Part shown: in pieces, positions 63,405 through 64,000 of the stretch | Layout: the number at the start of each line of letters is the position of its first letter | Numbering within the stretch: the stretch's first letter is position 1 | DNA from: Eledone cirrhosa | Lineage: Eukaryota | Reading direction: 5' to 3' | Length of the DNA: 64,000 bases | Assembly (NCBI GenBank): GCA_964016885.1 | Contig: OZ024743.1 | Location: forward strand, 357,926,001-357,990,000 | Notes under the pieces: generated by a model | The model's input: the letters and a program-made list of their open reading frames with translations, nothing else | What the model was told of the DNA's origin: nothing | Database searches by the model: none | Translations under genes and position numbers: made by a program

Positions 63405-64000
63405 ATGACCTCACTCAGAATAGGCAGCATAAATGCGCGTGGCTTGGGGTCGTCATGGAAGCAGGGTCACCTGCTCAACGACCTCAGGTCACTAAACATA
63501 GATGTAGTGGCCATCAGCGAGACCAGAATCTCCGAAGCACGGGCCTTCGCACCGATCTTCGGCGGCTACGATGTGTACGCATCTCCCAGCCGTCCTGGAT
63601 CGGGTGGAGGAGTTGCTGTGCTTTTTCGGAGAGGTTTGGATCTCGCCATACGGGCCATCTTCCTGGACCCAGAGGGTAAGCTGGTGGTGCTGGACGTGAC
63701 CAGCGGAGACGGGCAAGCTTTCAGGCTAGTGGCCGTCTATGCCCCGACAGGAGCAGGGCGGCCTGATTTCTTCCGGCGTCTGGAGACCTTTCTTGGAACG
63801 TCGCGCTCTTTAGTGTTAGTGGGCGACTGGAACGGGATCTTAGATGCACGCTGGGACTGTGTGGGATTAGCGGATAGGGGTGGAGGGTGCAAGAGCCTCA
63901 CCAACCTGCTCAGGCGTTTTGAACTGTCTGACAGGTACCGATTGGATTTCCCGAATGTGCCAATGTGGACTTGGACAAACCGCATAGGGTCATCCAGATC
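63405..64000 (+). CDS. ORF2p copy 10, N-terminal part (endonuclease domain), partial
   Basis: ATGACCTCACTCAGA start identical to the other copies; runs off the window. Confidence 0.92.
   Translation, partial: MTSLRIGSINARGLGSSWKQGHLLNDLRSLNIDVVAISETRISEARAFAPIFGGYDVYASPSRPGSGGGVAVLFRRGLDLAIRAIFLDPEGKLVVLDVTSGDGQAFRLVAVYAPTGAGRPDFFRRLETFLGTSRSLVLVGDWNGILDARWDCVGLADRGGGCKSLTNLLRRFELSDRYRLDFPNVPMWTWTNRIGSSR

Larger units (their letters stand above)
6481..64000 (+). repeat. head-to-tail tandem array of at least 10 near-identical ~6.07-kb non-LTR retrotransposon units, continuing past the window
   Basis: Unit starts (GAATGCCATGG) at 6481, 12559, 18626, 24678, 30750, 36799, 42872, 48927, 54997, 61060. 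Confidence 0.98.
61060..64000 (+). mobile_element. retrotransposon copy 10, cut by the window end
   Basis: Same 5' end as the others; most divergent ORF1. Confidence 0.95.

Noticed and set aside
6481-64000. Array as an LTR element, CRISPR-like locus or pure assembly artefact
   Set aside because: No LTRs, integrase or protease; no unique spacers; copies carry private and non-adjacent shared variants and different linker lengths, although read-level confirmation is still needed

Overview
Eukaryotic, AT- and microsatellite-rich animal DNA. A cephalopod origin is a guess and is not provable from this window. Positions 1-6450 hold a tandem cluster of initiator tRNA-Met genes: 4 intact copies plus about 10 degenerate, truncated or inverted copies, in ~1.34-kb three-gene units with (TTC)n spacers. 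From 6481 to the end lies a head-to-tail array of 9 complete copies and 1 partial copy of one ~6.03-kb L1/Tx1-type non-LTR retrotransposon. ORF1 has a CCHC knuckle; ORF2 has APE endonuclease, RT and a C-terminal zinc motif. The array starts at the (TTC)n spacer of a tRNA unit. All copies begin at the same nucleotide, have intact ORFs, lack poly(A) and are joined by ATC(ATT)n[GTT(ATT)6] linkers. Main observations: (1) copy 8 carries 12 clustered sense-strand A>G changes in its structured 5' UTR, an ADAR-like hyper-editing imprint fixed in DNA; (2) the linker structure suggests the element regenerates its own target; (3) a perfect GTAAGT donor overlaps the ORF1 stop codon, and a 53-nt intron from it would fuse ORF1 and ORF2 in frame.
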